A stretch of 64,000 bases of DNA from an uncultured Verrucomicrobiae bacterium (GCA_963801815.1 CAWDGJ010000003.1:160001-224000); one strand, 5' to 3'; counted from the stretch's first letter, positions 9,627 to 19,947 are shown. Notes: generated by a model not told the origin, from the sequence alone. A program made the numbers and translations.

Positions 9627-11303
9627 CTAGTTGTTCGGGTAAAACGGTTGCGAAGGCGGCACGTAATCATCGGGCCGGTCCATATAAATGCGGCGTCGGG
9701 GGCGTGACGGATAGATTCCGTTGTCATCATAGTGCCGCGGAAGAATGACGACGCGGCCGGATGTTAGCTTCACAATTGGCCTTCCGTCCGGCGTTCTGCC
9801 GATGATGCGGGCATGACCGCGACCCTGGTAAGTTGCTCCGCGGTCGTAACTGCTGTCGTCGGGATACGAGCGAGAGCGCGAATCTTGCGATGTCGATCTT
9901 CGGGTCGTGGTCGACTTTTTGTTCGCCTGCTCAGGCGACTCGCTCGATTCGGTCGACGACGACTGGTCGGCATTTTCACTCGCCATTTGCTGATCTTCGG
10001 GACCGATCGCGGGCGAAGCAGGCTCCGATCGTTTTTTGCCCGACGTAACGTCGTTGCTCGCAATTTCTGCAGGCGAAGCCGACGCAGTTGGATTCGCTTC
10101 CTGGTCTTGTTCAATCGCCGGGGAAGGTTTTTGATTCGCGTCCGCAATTGCCGGTGAAACATTTTGTGCCGCCGGATTTGCAGCAATTGGCGAAGAACTT
10201 GCCCCTTCCGCCGACGTCGCAGCGAATTTCGACGCCTCAGGAATTCCAATCGGAACGCCGACTTGCTCGGTGCGACGCAGAAACGGAAATTGGTCGTGAA
10301 AGAAATATTCGGCGGCCGCGGCACCCGCGACAAGAATGACTGCAACGGCGGCAAATCCGCGTAATACTTGTGCGAGCGGCGATGAGGGCTCCTTCGGTTT
10401 CGGTTTTCTCGGCACCACTGCCGCCAGGGGCAGTCCCAGCTTGCGGCCAATCGCCTGACGTCTTTCGATTTTGGTCAGGCAATCGCGCATTTCTTTTTCC
10501 AGTGCGACCGGATCGTGCGGTCGGTTCTCCGGATTTTCGCGCAACAACGAAACCAGCAGATTGTGCAACGGTTTTGGCGCGCGCCGCAGTTCCGGCAAAC
10601 GGCGGATCCGTAGACGCGCTTTCACCCCGCTCGCCGCGATCGGCGCTGCGCCGGTGAGCAGAAAGCAAATCGTTGCGCCCAGCGAATACATTTCCGATTC
10701 GAAATTGATTTCGCCACCCGATCGTTGTTCAGGACTCGCAAACTGCGGCGAAATCGAAGGGGCAATTTCGGGGGCCTCATTGCTGTCGGAATGCAACTCG
10801 AGTCCAGCCAGGCCAAAATTCAAGAGCTTTACGAATGGCCAGCCCCCGCTCGGTGATTCGCCTGGCACGATCATCAAGTTCGATGGTTGAACGGCGCGGT
10901 GCGTAAGACTGAAATAGGCAGCTGCGCCGAGCGCGCGGACCACTTGCAGTCCGACCCGCAACGCCGCGTCCGCCGCCATTGGCCCGTTCTCGACGATCCA
11001 TGAATCCGCCGTTTCGCCTTCGAAATATTCGGAAACGATCGCGTAATAATTTTGCTCGATCCCCACCGCCAGCGTCTTTGCGATGTTCACATGATCCAAT
11101 TTCTCCGCCGTCTCGGCGCGTTCTTTGAGTTGAGCGAGCTTCTCCGGTTCGATCGTCGCTTTCGGAATCAGCTGCAAACGCACGGGCTCATGCGAACGCG
11201 TGTCGATCGCCTTGTAATTAATGGCCGCGCCGGTTCGGCTGACTTCGCGGCCCTCTTCTCCGGTGCAAATGCGGTAATGCTCGAAAAACGTGGTGGGTTC
11301 CAT
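9627..11303 (-). CDS. Membrane-anchored Ser/Thr protein kinase-like protein with degenerate catalytic motifs (pseudokinase)
   Basis: Hanks-fold landmarks (LDHVNIA, THRAVQPSNLM, KLLNFGLA, FASPEQ, MYSLGATICFLLTG, PENRP), one TM helix, low-complexity C-terminus. Confidence 0.8.
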   Translation of the reverse strand: MEPTTFFEHYRICTGEEGREVSRTGAAINYKAIDTRSHEPVRLQLIPKATIEPEKLAQLKERAETAEKLDHVNIAKTLAVGIEQNYYAIVSEYFEGETADSWIVENGPMAADAALRVGLQVVRALGAAAYFSLTHRAVQPSNLMIVPGESPSGGWPFVKLLNFGLAGLELHSDSNEAPEIAPSISPQFASPEQRSGGEINFESEMYSLGATICFLLTGAAPIAASGVKARLRIRRLPELRRAPKPLHNLLVSLLRENPENRPHDPVALEKEMRDCLTKIERRQAIGRKLGLPLAAVVPRKPKPKEPSSPLAQVLRGFAAVAVILVAGAAAAEYFFHDQFPFLRRTEQVGVPIGIPEASKFAATSAEGASSSPIAANPAAQNVSPAIADANQKPSPAIEQDQEANPTASASPAEIASNDVTSGKKRSEPASPAIGPEDQQMASENADQSSSTESSESPEQANKKSTTTRRSTSQDSRSRSYPDDSSYDRGATYQGRGHARIIGRTPDGRPIVKLTSGRVVILPRHYDDNGIYPSRPRRRIYMDRPDDYVPPSQPFYPNN

Positions 11304-11412
11304 AGGTAATGACCCAACTGGCAGTATATTAACAATGATCCCGCGACCGGAGTTGCGCGAGATTTTATTACCGCCAGTCCGAGGACCTTAGCTCCTTAGC
11401 GATCAACTTCTT

Positions 11413-12429
11413 CTAACCTCGCGCCATCCGCATCCCAAGAGCGATGATCGCCTGGATCAATTGCGGATACTTTAGGCCCGCTTTCAGGGCCGACTCCGCG
11501 AAATCTTCGTCGGCCGCAAGATGCGGATTAGGGTTTGCCTCGATGAAATACGGTTTGTTGTCGGCCGTAAGCCGCAAATCGATGCGGGCGTAACCGTCGA
11601 TCGTCAGCAATCGATAAATGTTCTTGCACATTTTCTCAATCTCTTTGACCAGCGCGGAGTCGAGACCTTCGACGAACTTTCCTTCTAGCCCCCAACGTTT
11701 GCGGTATGTCTCGTCCCACTTCGCTTTGTAGGTGGCGATCCTCGGTTCGTTCGGCGGCACTTCACGGAAAATCAATTCGCGCAGCGGAAATACTTGTAAC
11801 CGCGTGTTGCCCATGATGCTCACGTAAATCTCGCGGCCCTCGATGTATTCCTCGGCGATGGCATCGCTTTTGTACTTCTCGTGGATGAACGCGATACGAT
11901 CGCGAAACTGCTCATCATTTTGAACAAACGACGCCCGCGAAATTCCATAGGACGCTTCTTCCTTCACCGGCTTCACCAAAATCGGAAACTTCAATTTCCC
12001 CGGCCCGCTGCGCTGCCCACGCGGAATGACGACAAAATTCGGTGTCGCGATTCCGTGATGGCCGAGAATCTTTTTCGAAATGCCTTTGTGTTTGCAAAGC
12101 GTCAAGCCCGTCGAACCGCAACCGGTGAACGGCACGCCCTGCATTTCGAGAAGCGAAACGATGTTCTGGTCGAATCCCGGATTGTTTTTGAACTGCTCGA
12201 CCAGGTTAAAAAGAATGTCCGGCTGGAAGCTTTCCATTTTTTGCCGGACAAGATCGACGTCATCGAAGATGGCGAGATGCTCAGGGGTGTGACCGAGCTC
12301 TTTGAGCGCGGCCATCACGTTGGCCTCGGTTTGCCATTCCTCGGTCTTCATTTCCTCGCTCAAGTCGGCGTCGATCGGCGTGGGCTGAACGCCATCGAAC
12401 AAAACGAGGACTTTGAGTTTCTTTTTCAC
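11413..12429 (-). CDS. D-Ala-D-Ala ligase-like ATP-grasp enzyme
   Basis: FNLVE, GVPFTGCG, KFPILVKPVKEEASYGI, EEYIEGRE, YARIDLR, FIEANPNP. Confidence 0.85.
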   Translation of the reverse strand: MKKKLKVLVLFDGVQPTPIDADLSEEMKTEEWQTEANVMAALKELGHTPEHLAIFDDVDLVRQKMESFQPDILFNLVEQFKNNPGFDQNIVSLLEMQGVPFTGCGSTGLTLCKHKGISKKILGHHGIATPNFVVIPRGQRSGPGKLKFPILVKPVKEEASYGISRASFVQNDEQFRDRIAFIHEKYKSDAIAEEYIEGREIYVSIMGNTRLQVFPLRELIFREVPPNEPRIATYKAKWDETYRKRWGLEGKFVEGLDSALVKEIEKMCKNIYRLLTIDGYARIDLRLTADNKPYFIEANPNPHLAADEDFAESALKAGLKYPQLIQAIIALGMRMARG

Positions 12430-12432
12430 TCG

Positions 12433-13440
12433 TTACTTGGTGCGCTTGAACTTGCCGGTAAACAAATAATTCATCACCAGCGTCGTGATGTAAGACGCGA
12501 CGCGAAAATCCTGCTGCGGGTCGTCATTCTGCACACGTAATCCGAGCTCGTCGCTGCGATCGATCAAACGGTTGAGCAATTTGTTGATCCGGAATTTCTT
12601 TTCGTTTGTCCATTGCGATATCGAATTCATCAAGCGACGCCGCCGCTGACGGAGGTAGCTGCTCGCTTTGATTCCGGTCGGTGCGGAAAATAATTGCCGA
12701 AGATCAACGTCGTAGAAGCCGGGATATTGTTCTTCGAAAAGCTTTCGTTTTCGCGCGTAATAAGTCTTGAGTTTTACGTTAAGGAAATTGTATTCGGTTT
12801 CGCGATACTTCGGCATCAATGTCGGCGGTTTGCCAGCGAGCGATTTCATCAGCTGATCGACGTATTCGAGTTTCTGCAGCGCTTTCCAGCCGGCGTAGCG
12901 TTTTCGCCAATCGAACTCCGGTGTCAGCCAAATGGCGAATGTCTCCGCGAAATCTTCGTCCGGGTGGGCCTGCGCGTACCAATCGTCCAGGTGCATCACG
13001 TAACTGCGACTGAACGGACGCGGCCGATAAAAACTCGGTGTCTCCTCATTCGACGTTTGGCCGAAAAGTTGTTGCCATCGTTTCTTTCTGGTCAGCCGGT
13101 AGGCATACATGTAGGCGTGGCCGGCCTCGTGCCGCATCAGTTTCATGAACCACTCCGGCGTTTCGCCCTCGACTTCGAGCATCATCGAGCGCTCGAGCGC
13201 GCGGAGCCGTTCGTGCACCAGAAAAAACGGAACGAAGATCGCCGGGACCCCGATCGGCACAAACCATTCATCGCCGATGTGGGTTGGGGGATGAAACGCC
13301 AGGCCTTTCGTTGACAGCTCATTATATAGTTGGTGGATCAGCGGCTGAAGTGGTGTGTCCTCCAGCGTTAGGCCAAGCGTGGAAATTCGGCGCTCGAGAA
13401 GATCTTGGTCGCTTAGAGATGCCCACTCGGGTGTTTCCAT
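12433..13440 (-). CDS. Putative zinc-binding metallopeptidase
   Basis: HEAGH (HExxH) plus YAQAHPDEDFAETFAIW; ends 3 bp before the ATP-grasp gene. Confidence 0.8.
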   Translation of the reverse strand: METPEWASLSDQDLLERRISTLGLTLEDTPLQPLIHQLYNELSTKGLAFHPPTHIGDEWFVPIGVPAIFVPFFLVHERLRALERSMMLEVEGETPEWFMKLMRHEAGHAYMYAYRLTRKKRWQQLFGQTSNEETPSFYRPRPFSRSYVMHLDDWYAQAHPDEDFAETFAIWLTPEFDWRKRYAGWKALQKLEYVDQLMKSLAGKPPTLMPKYRETEYNFLNVKLKTYYARKRKLFEEQYPGFYDVDLRQLFSAPTGIKASSYLRQRRRRLMNSISQWTNEKKFRINKLLNRLIDRSDELGLRVQNDDPQQDFRVASYITTLVMNYLFTGKFKRTK

Positions 13441-13659
13441 GTCGGTCTCTTAAATGCTCAACAACTCAACTCCTCAACCTCTTTTGGTCGCTCAGGAAAG
13501 CGCAATCGGCCACTGGTTCCATTTTGCGCACGGTATCACCGACAAAAACTGTGTCACGCCTTCCACGCGATTGCTGGCATCTCATTATTGCAAAAACTGC
13601 CGACCTGACAGGATCGACTCCGAAGGTGTTTAAAATATTCATAATCGCTTCTAACACAG

Positions 13660-13716
13660 TATCAACGACTTATGACTAAAGTCCTATTCGGAAAGTGGAC
13701 AGGCACGCAAACGGCT
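13660..13716 (+). promoter_or_regulatory. IHF-like site plus variant sigma-54 (-24/-12) promoter
   Basis: TATCAACGACTTA (13660-13672) matches WATCAANNNNTTR; AGGCACGCAAACGGCT (13701-13716) has GG-N10-GC spacing. Confidence 0.6.
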
Positions 13717-13889
13717 GCTAGATAGGGGGAGATGATTGATCGACGCGCCCCCACGGGCCTGTCGGTCTCGCCAAGTTGGAGCCCGCCCTTCGCGGCACCC
13801 CAGTGGTCGAATCTCAAAACCACGCGCGGGTTTTTGCGCCGGTCCTCGAACCGCATTCGATACAACAACCTTTAACAACCTAACAATTT

Positions 13890-14162
13890 ATGAAACCAAC
13901 ACCTCAAATTAGTCGCAATCGTCGCACGGGATTTCCGTTAACCGATCACAATTATCGGCCGACAGCGGACGCAAAAATCAACGGCGATCAAAAGATCGCG
14001 AAGCTGACCGGTTTCCACAAACTAAGCAGCGATTTTATCGGCACAGAAATGGCCCGCGATTACGTGACGGAATTCTCAGCATTCACGATTATTGCCCTGA
14101 TTTCGGCCTGGCCGATTTGCTTGAGCATCGTCGCAATGACCCGGATGGCGCGGGGTTACTAA
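13890..14162 (+). CDS. Small membrane protein, 'MKP' family paralog 2 (90 aa)
   Basis: MKPT...FPLTDHNYR...GFHKLSSDFIGTEMARDYVTEFSAF + hydrophobic helix; aligns with ORFs at 242 and 21663. Confidence 0.8.
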   Translation: MKPTPQISRNRRTGFPLTDHNYRPTADAKINGDQKIAKLTGFHKLSSDFIGTEMARDYVTEFSAFTIIALISAWPICLSIVAMTRMARGY

Positions 14163-14360
14163 CCCGAATTTCATGGCGGTAACCGATGTGGTTGCCTTAT
14201 CAGCTCCGGGCATGTGCCGGTGGAGCGGGGAGTGCCGGTCAATCAATTTAGGTGCTTGATACAAGCACTGCTACGACGCTTTTGATTGCTGTTCATGCGC
14301 TTGGCGAAATTTCCGTTTCTCGTCGAGCTGCTCGTCATCGCCGCGATTTACGTCGTTTTG

Positions 14361-14492
14361 TTTCCCGAAAACGAGCAGGGAAATCCCATTCGCGGGACAA
14401 TTGGCGGAAAGGAATCGCAACGCGATTGAGTTCTAATCAGCTGATTAACTGGAGTTTGTTGGTGAAAAATCTTCAGTGGCATGGGGTTTGCA
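14361..14492 (+). promoter_or_regulatory. Sigma-54 promoter with enhancer and IHF-like site
   Basis: TGGCATGGGGTTTGCA (14477-14492); AATCCC-N6-GGGACA (14382-14399) with a weaker half-site TTTCCC at 14361; AATCAGCTGATTA (14435-14447). Confidence 0.8.
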
Positions 14493-14543
14493 TGCTGAGT
14501 TGACGCGGGCAGTCGTCTGCCCATTTTCTTCAACCTCACATTC

Positions 14544-15305
14544 ATGCGAAAACATTTTGCAGCCACGCTCGTGGCGGCGGCGCTGTTCGCGCCGGCCGCG
14601 TTCACTCAGGAAATGCCAGCGACCGCTCCAACTTTGGATGAGTTGGTCGCGAAAAATATCGAAGCCAAAGGCGGCGCGCAGGCGGTGCACGCGCTGCATT
14701 CGCTTCGGCGCACCGGCATTATGCTGGTGAACGAGGGCAAGATTCGACTTGCCTATACTCAGATCAAAAAGCGCCCACTCGAAGTGCGCACCGAAGGAAC
14801 GCTGCAAGGAATGACGGTAATCCAGGCGTTCGACGGGAAGGAAGGTTGGAGAATTTCGCCCTTTCAGGGCCGCAAAGATCCCGAGCGCATGTCGGCCGAC
14901 GACGTGAAGGAGTTGATGGAGGACGCCGAGATGGATGGGCCGCTGGTCGATTGGAAGGAAAAAGGCAGCACGCTCGAATATCTCGGGACGGAAGATGTTG
15001 ATGGAACGCAGGCCTACAAGATCAAGGTCACGCGCAAAAACGGGGATATAAACTTTGTTTATCTCGATCCCGACCATTTTCTGGAAATCCGGATTTTGAC
15101 GCAACGCGTTCAGCAAGGCGCGCTGGTCGAGACCGAAACTGACCTGGGCGACTACGAAAAGATCAACGGCGTCTTCGTTCCAACTTCAATCGAGGCCGGA
15201 AGCAAAGGCGACGCCGACAAGCAAAAGATCGTGATCGACAAGGCGGAAGGAAATGTGCCCGTCGACGACGCGATTTTCCATTTCCCCACAACTCCAGCGA
15301 AATAA
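14544..15305 (+). CDS. Secreted LolA-like / outer membrane lipoprotein-sorting-type protein
   Basis: Signal peptide; LDELVAKNIEAKGG, QAFDGKEGW, LEYLGTEDVDGTQAYKIKVT, DYEKINGVFVP, VDDAIFHFP. Confidence 0.65.
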   Translation: MRKHFAATLVAAALFAPAAFTQEMPATAPTLDELVAKNIEAKGGAQAVHALHSLRRTGIMLVNEGKIRLAYTQIKKRPLEVRTEGTLQGMTVIQAFDGKEGWRISPFQGRKDPERMSADDVKELMEDAEMDGPLVDWKEKGSTLEYLGTEDVDGTQAYKIKVTRKNGDINFVYLDPDHFLEIRILTQRVQQGALVETETDLGDYEKINGVFVPTSIEAGSKGDADKQKIVIDKAEGNVPVDDAIFHFPTTPAK

Positions 15306-15314
15306 TTGACTCTC

Positions 15315-18300
15315 ATGCGTTCTTTAAAATTTTTCGGAGCAATTGTGTTTTGTGGTTCGGCATTCGCGCAACCACCGGCTTTGGCGCCGTTTAATTCGGC
15401 GACAATCTCCGGTCTCGGCGCACGCAATATTGGTTCGGCGGCGATGAGCGGTCGCATCTCGGCAATCGCCGGCACGCGTGAGCCGTCCGGCAAGGTCACG
15501 TTGTTTGTTGGCGCGGCCAGCGGCGGTGTTTGGAAATCGGACGACCAGGGAACTCGTTACCGTCCGGTATTCGACGAACAAGCGGTTCAATCGATCGGTG
15601 CAATCGCGCTCGATCCGAAAAATTCGAAGAACGTCTGGGTTGGAACGGGCGAATCGTGGACGCGCAATAGCGTGTCGATTGGCGACGGCATTTACAAATC
15701 GACCGACGGAGGCGAAACCTGGACGCACGCCGGTTTGAACAAATCGGAACGCATTTCGCGGATTCGTGTTAGTCCGAACAACAGCGACACGGTTTACGTT
15801 GCTGTGCCGGGCGCGTTATGGAGTGATTCTCCGGACCGCGGTCTCTATCGAACGACCGATGGCGGGAAGACCTGGACTCTGATTCTCAAGGGCGCAAATC
15901 CTTCGACCGGTTGCACCGATATCGCGATCGATCCGGCAAATCCGGAGACACTGTTCGCGTGCATGTGGGATTTCCGGCGGAAAGGCTGGGAATATCGTTC
16001 GGGTGGCGACGGTCCTGACAAACCTTCGGCAAGCGGATTGTTTCGCTCAAACGATGGCGGCAACACTTGGACGGAGATTACGCCGGACAAGAACAAAGGT
16101 TTTCCGAAGAAACCGTACGGGCGGCTTGCGGTGGCAATCGCGCCCTCGAACGCGAAGCGGATTTATTGTTTCGTCGAATCTCCGAACAGCGCGTTGTTTG
16201 TTTCCGATGACGGCGGCGCGACCTGGCAGGAGCGGGACAAAAGCCAGTGGATGGTCTGGCGTCCGTTTTATTTCGCGAACCTCATTGTCGATCCAAAGAA
16301 TCCAGATCGCGTGTTCAAAACTGACGGCGCGCTGATCATGAGCGATGACGGCGGCAAAAGTTTCGCGACGGTCGGCGGTTTCCAAGGCGCGCACGGCGAC
16401 GTGCACGATGTCTGGATCGACGAGACCAATCCGCAAACCGTCTTTAGCGGAGACGACGGCGGGATGTGGTACTCCTACAACGGCGGGAGCAAATGGTGGA
16501 AGGCGGACAACTTACCCGTGTCGCAATTCTATCACGTCAGCGTCGACGATGCCGATCCGTTTCGAGTCTATGGCGGATTGCAGGACAACGCAGCCTGGGT
16601 CGCGCCGTCCGAATATCCCGGAGGCATTACCAATCATCAGTGGGAAAACATGTACAACGGCGACGGCTTCTGGATGTTTCCCGATCCGGCCGATCCCGAT
16701 TACATCTATGCCGAATATCAGGGCGGCCAGATTGGACGGGTGAATCGCTACACTCACGAAGCGCGCGACATTCAGCCGACGCCTAATTATAAGGAAAAGC
16801 TGCGCTTCAACTGGAATACGCCAATCGCGCTTTCGCCTAACGAGAAAGGAACGATCTACATCGGCGCGCAGTTTCTATTTCGCTCCCGCGATCATGGCCA
16901 GACTTGGGAACGGATTTCCCCCGATCTGACCACAAACGATCCCCAAAAACAAAAGCAGGAACAGTCCGGCGGCGTGACGGTCGACAATTCGTCAGCCGAA
17001 ATGCACACCACTATTTATTCGATCAGCGAATCGCCCAAGGACAAGAACCTGATTTGGGTTGGAACCGATGACGGAAATGTTCAGATAACGCGCGACGGCG
17101 GAAAAACCTGGAGCAACGTGGTCGGCAACGTTCCCAGTTTGCCGAAGAACTCGTGGGTCAGTTGGGTCCAGGCGAGCAACTTCGACGCGGGCACAGCTTA
17201 CGCCGCATTTGATCGACACACGTTCGGCGACATGGCGCCATACGTTTTCAAAACGACCGACTATGGCAAGACGTGGACACCGTTAGTCACTCCGCAGAGC
17301 GCGAAAACCGTTCGCGGTTATGCCTGGGTAATCAAGGAAGACGTCGTCAAATCCGATCTGTTGTTTCTCGGCACCGAGTTTGGACTTTGGGTTTCGATCG
17401 ACGGCGGAAAAAACTGGGCGCAATTCAAGGGCAACCATTTTCCAGCGGTTGCGGTGCGTGACCTCGCGATTCAACCACGGGACAACGATTTGGTTCTCGC
17501 GACGCATGGTCGCGGCATTTGGATCATCGACGACATCACGCCCTGGCGCGCGTTGACCCCGGAGATTCTGTCCCAGGAAGTCGCCTTCGTTTCGGCGCGG
17601 CCAGTGCAGGAACGAATCCAGGGCAACGGCGGCTGGGCCAACGGCGCCGCGATGTTCGTCGGCGACAATCCGCCTGACGCCGCGGTGATCAATTATTATC
17701 AACGCGAGCGTCATCTTTACGGGAAATTGAAAATCGAAATACTCGATTCCACGGGTCGCGTCCTGGATGAAATTCCGGCGAGCAAACGGCCCGGATTGAA
17801 TCGCGTGATGTGGAGCATGCGTGAAAAACCGCCGCGCGTTCCGCCGGCCGCGCAAATCGCTTTTGCCGGTGCGAACGGCGTTCGATTCGCGCCCGGCGAA
17901 TACACTGTTCGTCTGACGAAGAACGGAAAGAGTTACGAGACGAAGTTTACCATGGGTCTCGATCGACGAGCAAAATTCACCGACGCGGATAAAAAAGCGC
18001 AGTTCGATGCGGCGATGAAAGTGCGCGCGTTATTCGACGACGAAAGCGCGTTGATGGACCGGATTTTGTTTTTACGGCAACAGGTCGCGCCAATGGCCAA
18101 GGCATTGCCCGAGACCGATCCGCTTCATAAGGCGGTGAAGGATTTCGACGGGAAGATTGAAGCGGTCCGGAAGAAAATAGTCGCTACCACAGAAGGCGGC
18201 GCGATTACCGGCGAAGAACGGATTCGCGAGCACACCGACCAACTGTACGGCGCGCTTTTGAGCTACGAGGGCAAGCCGGGCGATTACCATCTCGCTTACA

Positions 18301-18545
18301 TCGACACGCTGAGGCGGGAGTTGGACGACGTGACCAAAGATTTCGAGCAGCTCCTGGCCAAGGATTTGCCGGCGTTGAACCAGACCCTCAAGGGCAAAGG
18401 CAAAGAAGAGGTCAAATCGCCGCCGGCGAAAATTGCCGTGAATGAGGAAACGTCGGTTTCTGGCGGAAATTTCACGGGATCAAACGATCCGGACGAAGCC
18501 GCCGGAGCGACGATGTTGCCGACGAATTTACGGTTGCTGCACTAA
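15315..18545 (+). CDS. Secreted VPS10/sortilin-like BNR (Asp-box) beta-propeller protein
   Basis: Signal peptide; many S-x-D-x-G-x-T-W boxes (KSTDGGETW, RTTDGGKTW, RSNDGGNTW, VSDDGGATW, RSRDHGQTW, TRDGGKTW), RNIGSAAMSGRI, GGLQDN, RFNWNTP, ATHGRGIW. Start ATG 15315. Confidence 0.85.
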   Translation: MRSLKFFGAIVFCGSAFAQPPALAPFNSATISGLGARNIGSAAMSGRISAIAGTREPSGKVTLFVGAASGGVWKSDDQGTRYRPVFDEQAVQSIGAIALDPKNSKNVWVGTGESWTRNSVSIGDGIYKSTDGGETWTHAGLNKSERISRIRVSPNNSDTVYVAVPGALWSDSPDRGLYRTTDGGKTWTLILKGANPSTGCTDIAIDPANPETLFACMWDFRRKGWEYRSGGDGPDKPSASGLFRSNDGGNTWTEITPDKNKGFPKKPYGRLAVAIAPSNAKRIYCFVESPNSALFVSDDGGATWQERDKSQWMVWRPFYFANLIVDPKNPDRVFKTDGALIMSDDGGKSFATVGGFQGAHGDVHDVWIDETNPQTVFSGDDGGMWYSYNGGSKWWKADNLPVSQFYHVSVDDADPFRVYGGLQDNAAWVAPSEYPGGITNHQWENMYNGDGFWMFPDPADPDYIYAEYQGGQIGRVNRYTHEARDIQPTPNYKEKLRFNWNTPIALSPNEKGTIYIGAQFLFRSRDHGQTWERISPDLTTNDPQKQKQEQSGGVTVDNSSAEMHTTIYSISESPKDKNLIWVGTDDGNVQITRDGGKTWSNVVGNVPSLPKNSWVSWVQASNFDAGTAYAAFDRHTFGDMAPYVFKTTDYGKTWTPLVTPQSAKTVRGYAWVIKEDVVKSDLLFLGTEFGLWVSIDGGKNWAQFKGNHFPAVAVRDLAIQPRDNDLVLATHGRGIWIIDDITPWRALTPEILSQEVAFVSARPVQERIQGNGGWANGAAMFVGDNPPDAAVINYYQRERHLYGKLKIEILDSTGRVLDEIPASKRPGLNRVMWSMREKPPRVPPAAQIAFAGANGVRFAPGEYTVRLTKNGKSYETKFTMGLDRRAKFTDADKKAQFDAAMKVRALFDDESALMDRILFLRQQVAPMAKALPETDPLHKAVKDFDGKIEAVRKKIVATTEGGAITGEERIREHTDQLYGALLSYEGKPGDYHLAYIDTLRRELDDVTKDFEQLLAKDLPALNQTLKGKGKEEVKSPPAKIAVNEETSVSGGNFTGSNDPDEAAGATMLPTNLRLLH

Positions 18546-18600
18546 CGCTGCGTTCGTCCAACATTGACACGGCGGTAGATTCGCGGTTCAGAGTTAGCTC

Positions 18601-19947
18601 GTGAGCCGCGTTTTAATTGCCGATGACCAGCGCGATGTGCTGGAAGCGCTGCGGATTTTGCTCAAAGGCGAGGGATACCAGACCGACGCGGTCACGTCGA
18701 TCGGCGGAATTTTCAACGCGCTTCAACAACGCGATTACGCGTTGTTGATGATGGACCTCAATTACACGCGCGACACGACTTCGGGCCAGGAAGGCCTCGA
18801 AGTCATCCCGCGAATCCAGGCGCTCGACAGCACGCTGCCGATCGTGGTGATGACGGCGTGGGCGACGATCGATCTCGCGGTCGAAGCGATGAAGCGCGGC
18901 GCGCGCGATTTCGTTCCGAAACCGTGGGACAACGAGCGGCTGCTCACCATTGTGCGGACGCAGATCGAGCTCGGTAGCGCGCTGCGAAAAGGCCGGAAGC
19001 TCGAGGCGGCGAACAAACTACTTGGCGGCAACGTTCCAAACCTGATTGCGGACGCGCCGTCCATGCGGCCGGTGATCGAAATGATTCAGCGCGTCGCGCC
19101 GTCGGACGCGAACGTGCTGATCACCGGCGAGAACGGGACGGGCAAAAGTCTCATTGCGCAAGCGTTGCATGCACTCTCGCCGCGCGCGTCGCACAGCATG
19201 ATCACGGTCAACATGGGCGGTTTGTCGGAAACGCTGTTCGAGAGCGAACTGTTCGGTCACGTCAAAGGCGCGTTCACCGACGCGAAGACCGATCGCGCGG
19301 GCCGGTTCGAGCTGGCAGACGAAAGCACGCTGTTCATGGACGAGATCGCGAATATTCCGCTCAATCAGCAGGCGAAACTGTTGCGGGTGATCGAGACCGG
19401 CGAGTTCGAGCGGGTCGGATCATCGAAAACCTTGCATGCGAATGTGCGAATCATTTCCGCGACGAACGCGAACCTTGCGGATGAAGTTGCGGCCGGACGC
19501 TTTCGGCAGGACCTGCTGTTTCGGTTGAACACGATCGAGATCGCACTTCCGCCATTGCGCGATCGGCGCGAAGACATCATGCCGCTGGCAAATAATTTTC
19601 TGCGGCTGCATGCGCAGCGTTATCGCAAGGAGCTCGGCGGATTCGATGAGACCGCGCGCGATCGATTGATGCAGCATTCGTATCCCGGAAATGTGCGCGA
19701 GCTGGATCACGTGATCGAGCGGGCGGTGTTGATGGCGCGCGGTTCGCAGATCAAGGCGACCGATCTTGGCCTAACGACTGCTAGCGGTGAATCAAAAAGC
19801 CTGGAGGACATGAGTCTTGAAGAAGTCGAAGCGTTCTTGATCAAGAAAGCGCTGGCTCGAAACAATGGGAATGCGCGCAAAGCGGCCGAATCGCTGGGTC
19901 TGAGTCGGAGCGCGTTCTACCGGCGGTTGCAGCAATATGGACTCTGA
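18601..19947 (+). CDS. Sigma-54-dependent response regulator (NtrC family; receiver-AAA+-Fis HTH)
   Basis: IADD receiver, MDLNY, GENGTGKS, ESELFGHVKGAFTDA, LFMDEI, FRQDLLFRLN, YPGNVREL, AAESLGLSRSAFYRRL. Confidence 0.95.
   Translation: MSRVLIADDQRDVLEALRILLKGEGYQTDAVTSIGGIFNALQQRDYALLMMDLNYTRDTTSGQEGLEVIPRIQALDSTLPIVVMTAWATIDLAVEAMKRGARDFVPKPWDNERLLTIVRTQIELGSALRKGRKLEAANKLLGGNVPNLIADAPSMRPVIEMIQRVAPSDANVLITGENGTGKSLIAQALHALSPRASHSMITVNMGGLSETLFESELFGHVKGAFTDAKTDRAGRFELADESTLFMDEIANIPLNQQAKLLRVIETGEFERVGSSKTLHANVRIISATNANLADEVAAGRFRQDLLFRLNTIEIALPPLRDRREDIMPLANNFLRLHAQRYRKELGGFDETARDRLMQHSYPGNVRELDHVIERAVLMARGSQIKATDLGLTTASGESKSLEDMSLEEVEAFLIKKALARNNGNARKAAESLGLSRSAFYRRLQQYGL

Noticed and set aside
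13575..13592. TGGCATCTCATTATTGC as a sigma-54 promoter
   Set aside because: GG-to-GC spacing is two bases longer than the strict GG-N10-GC requirement.
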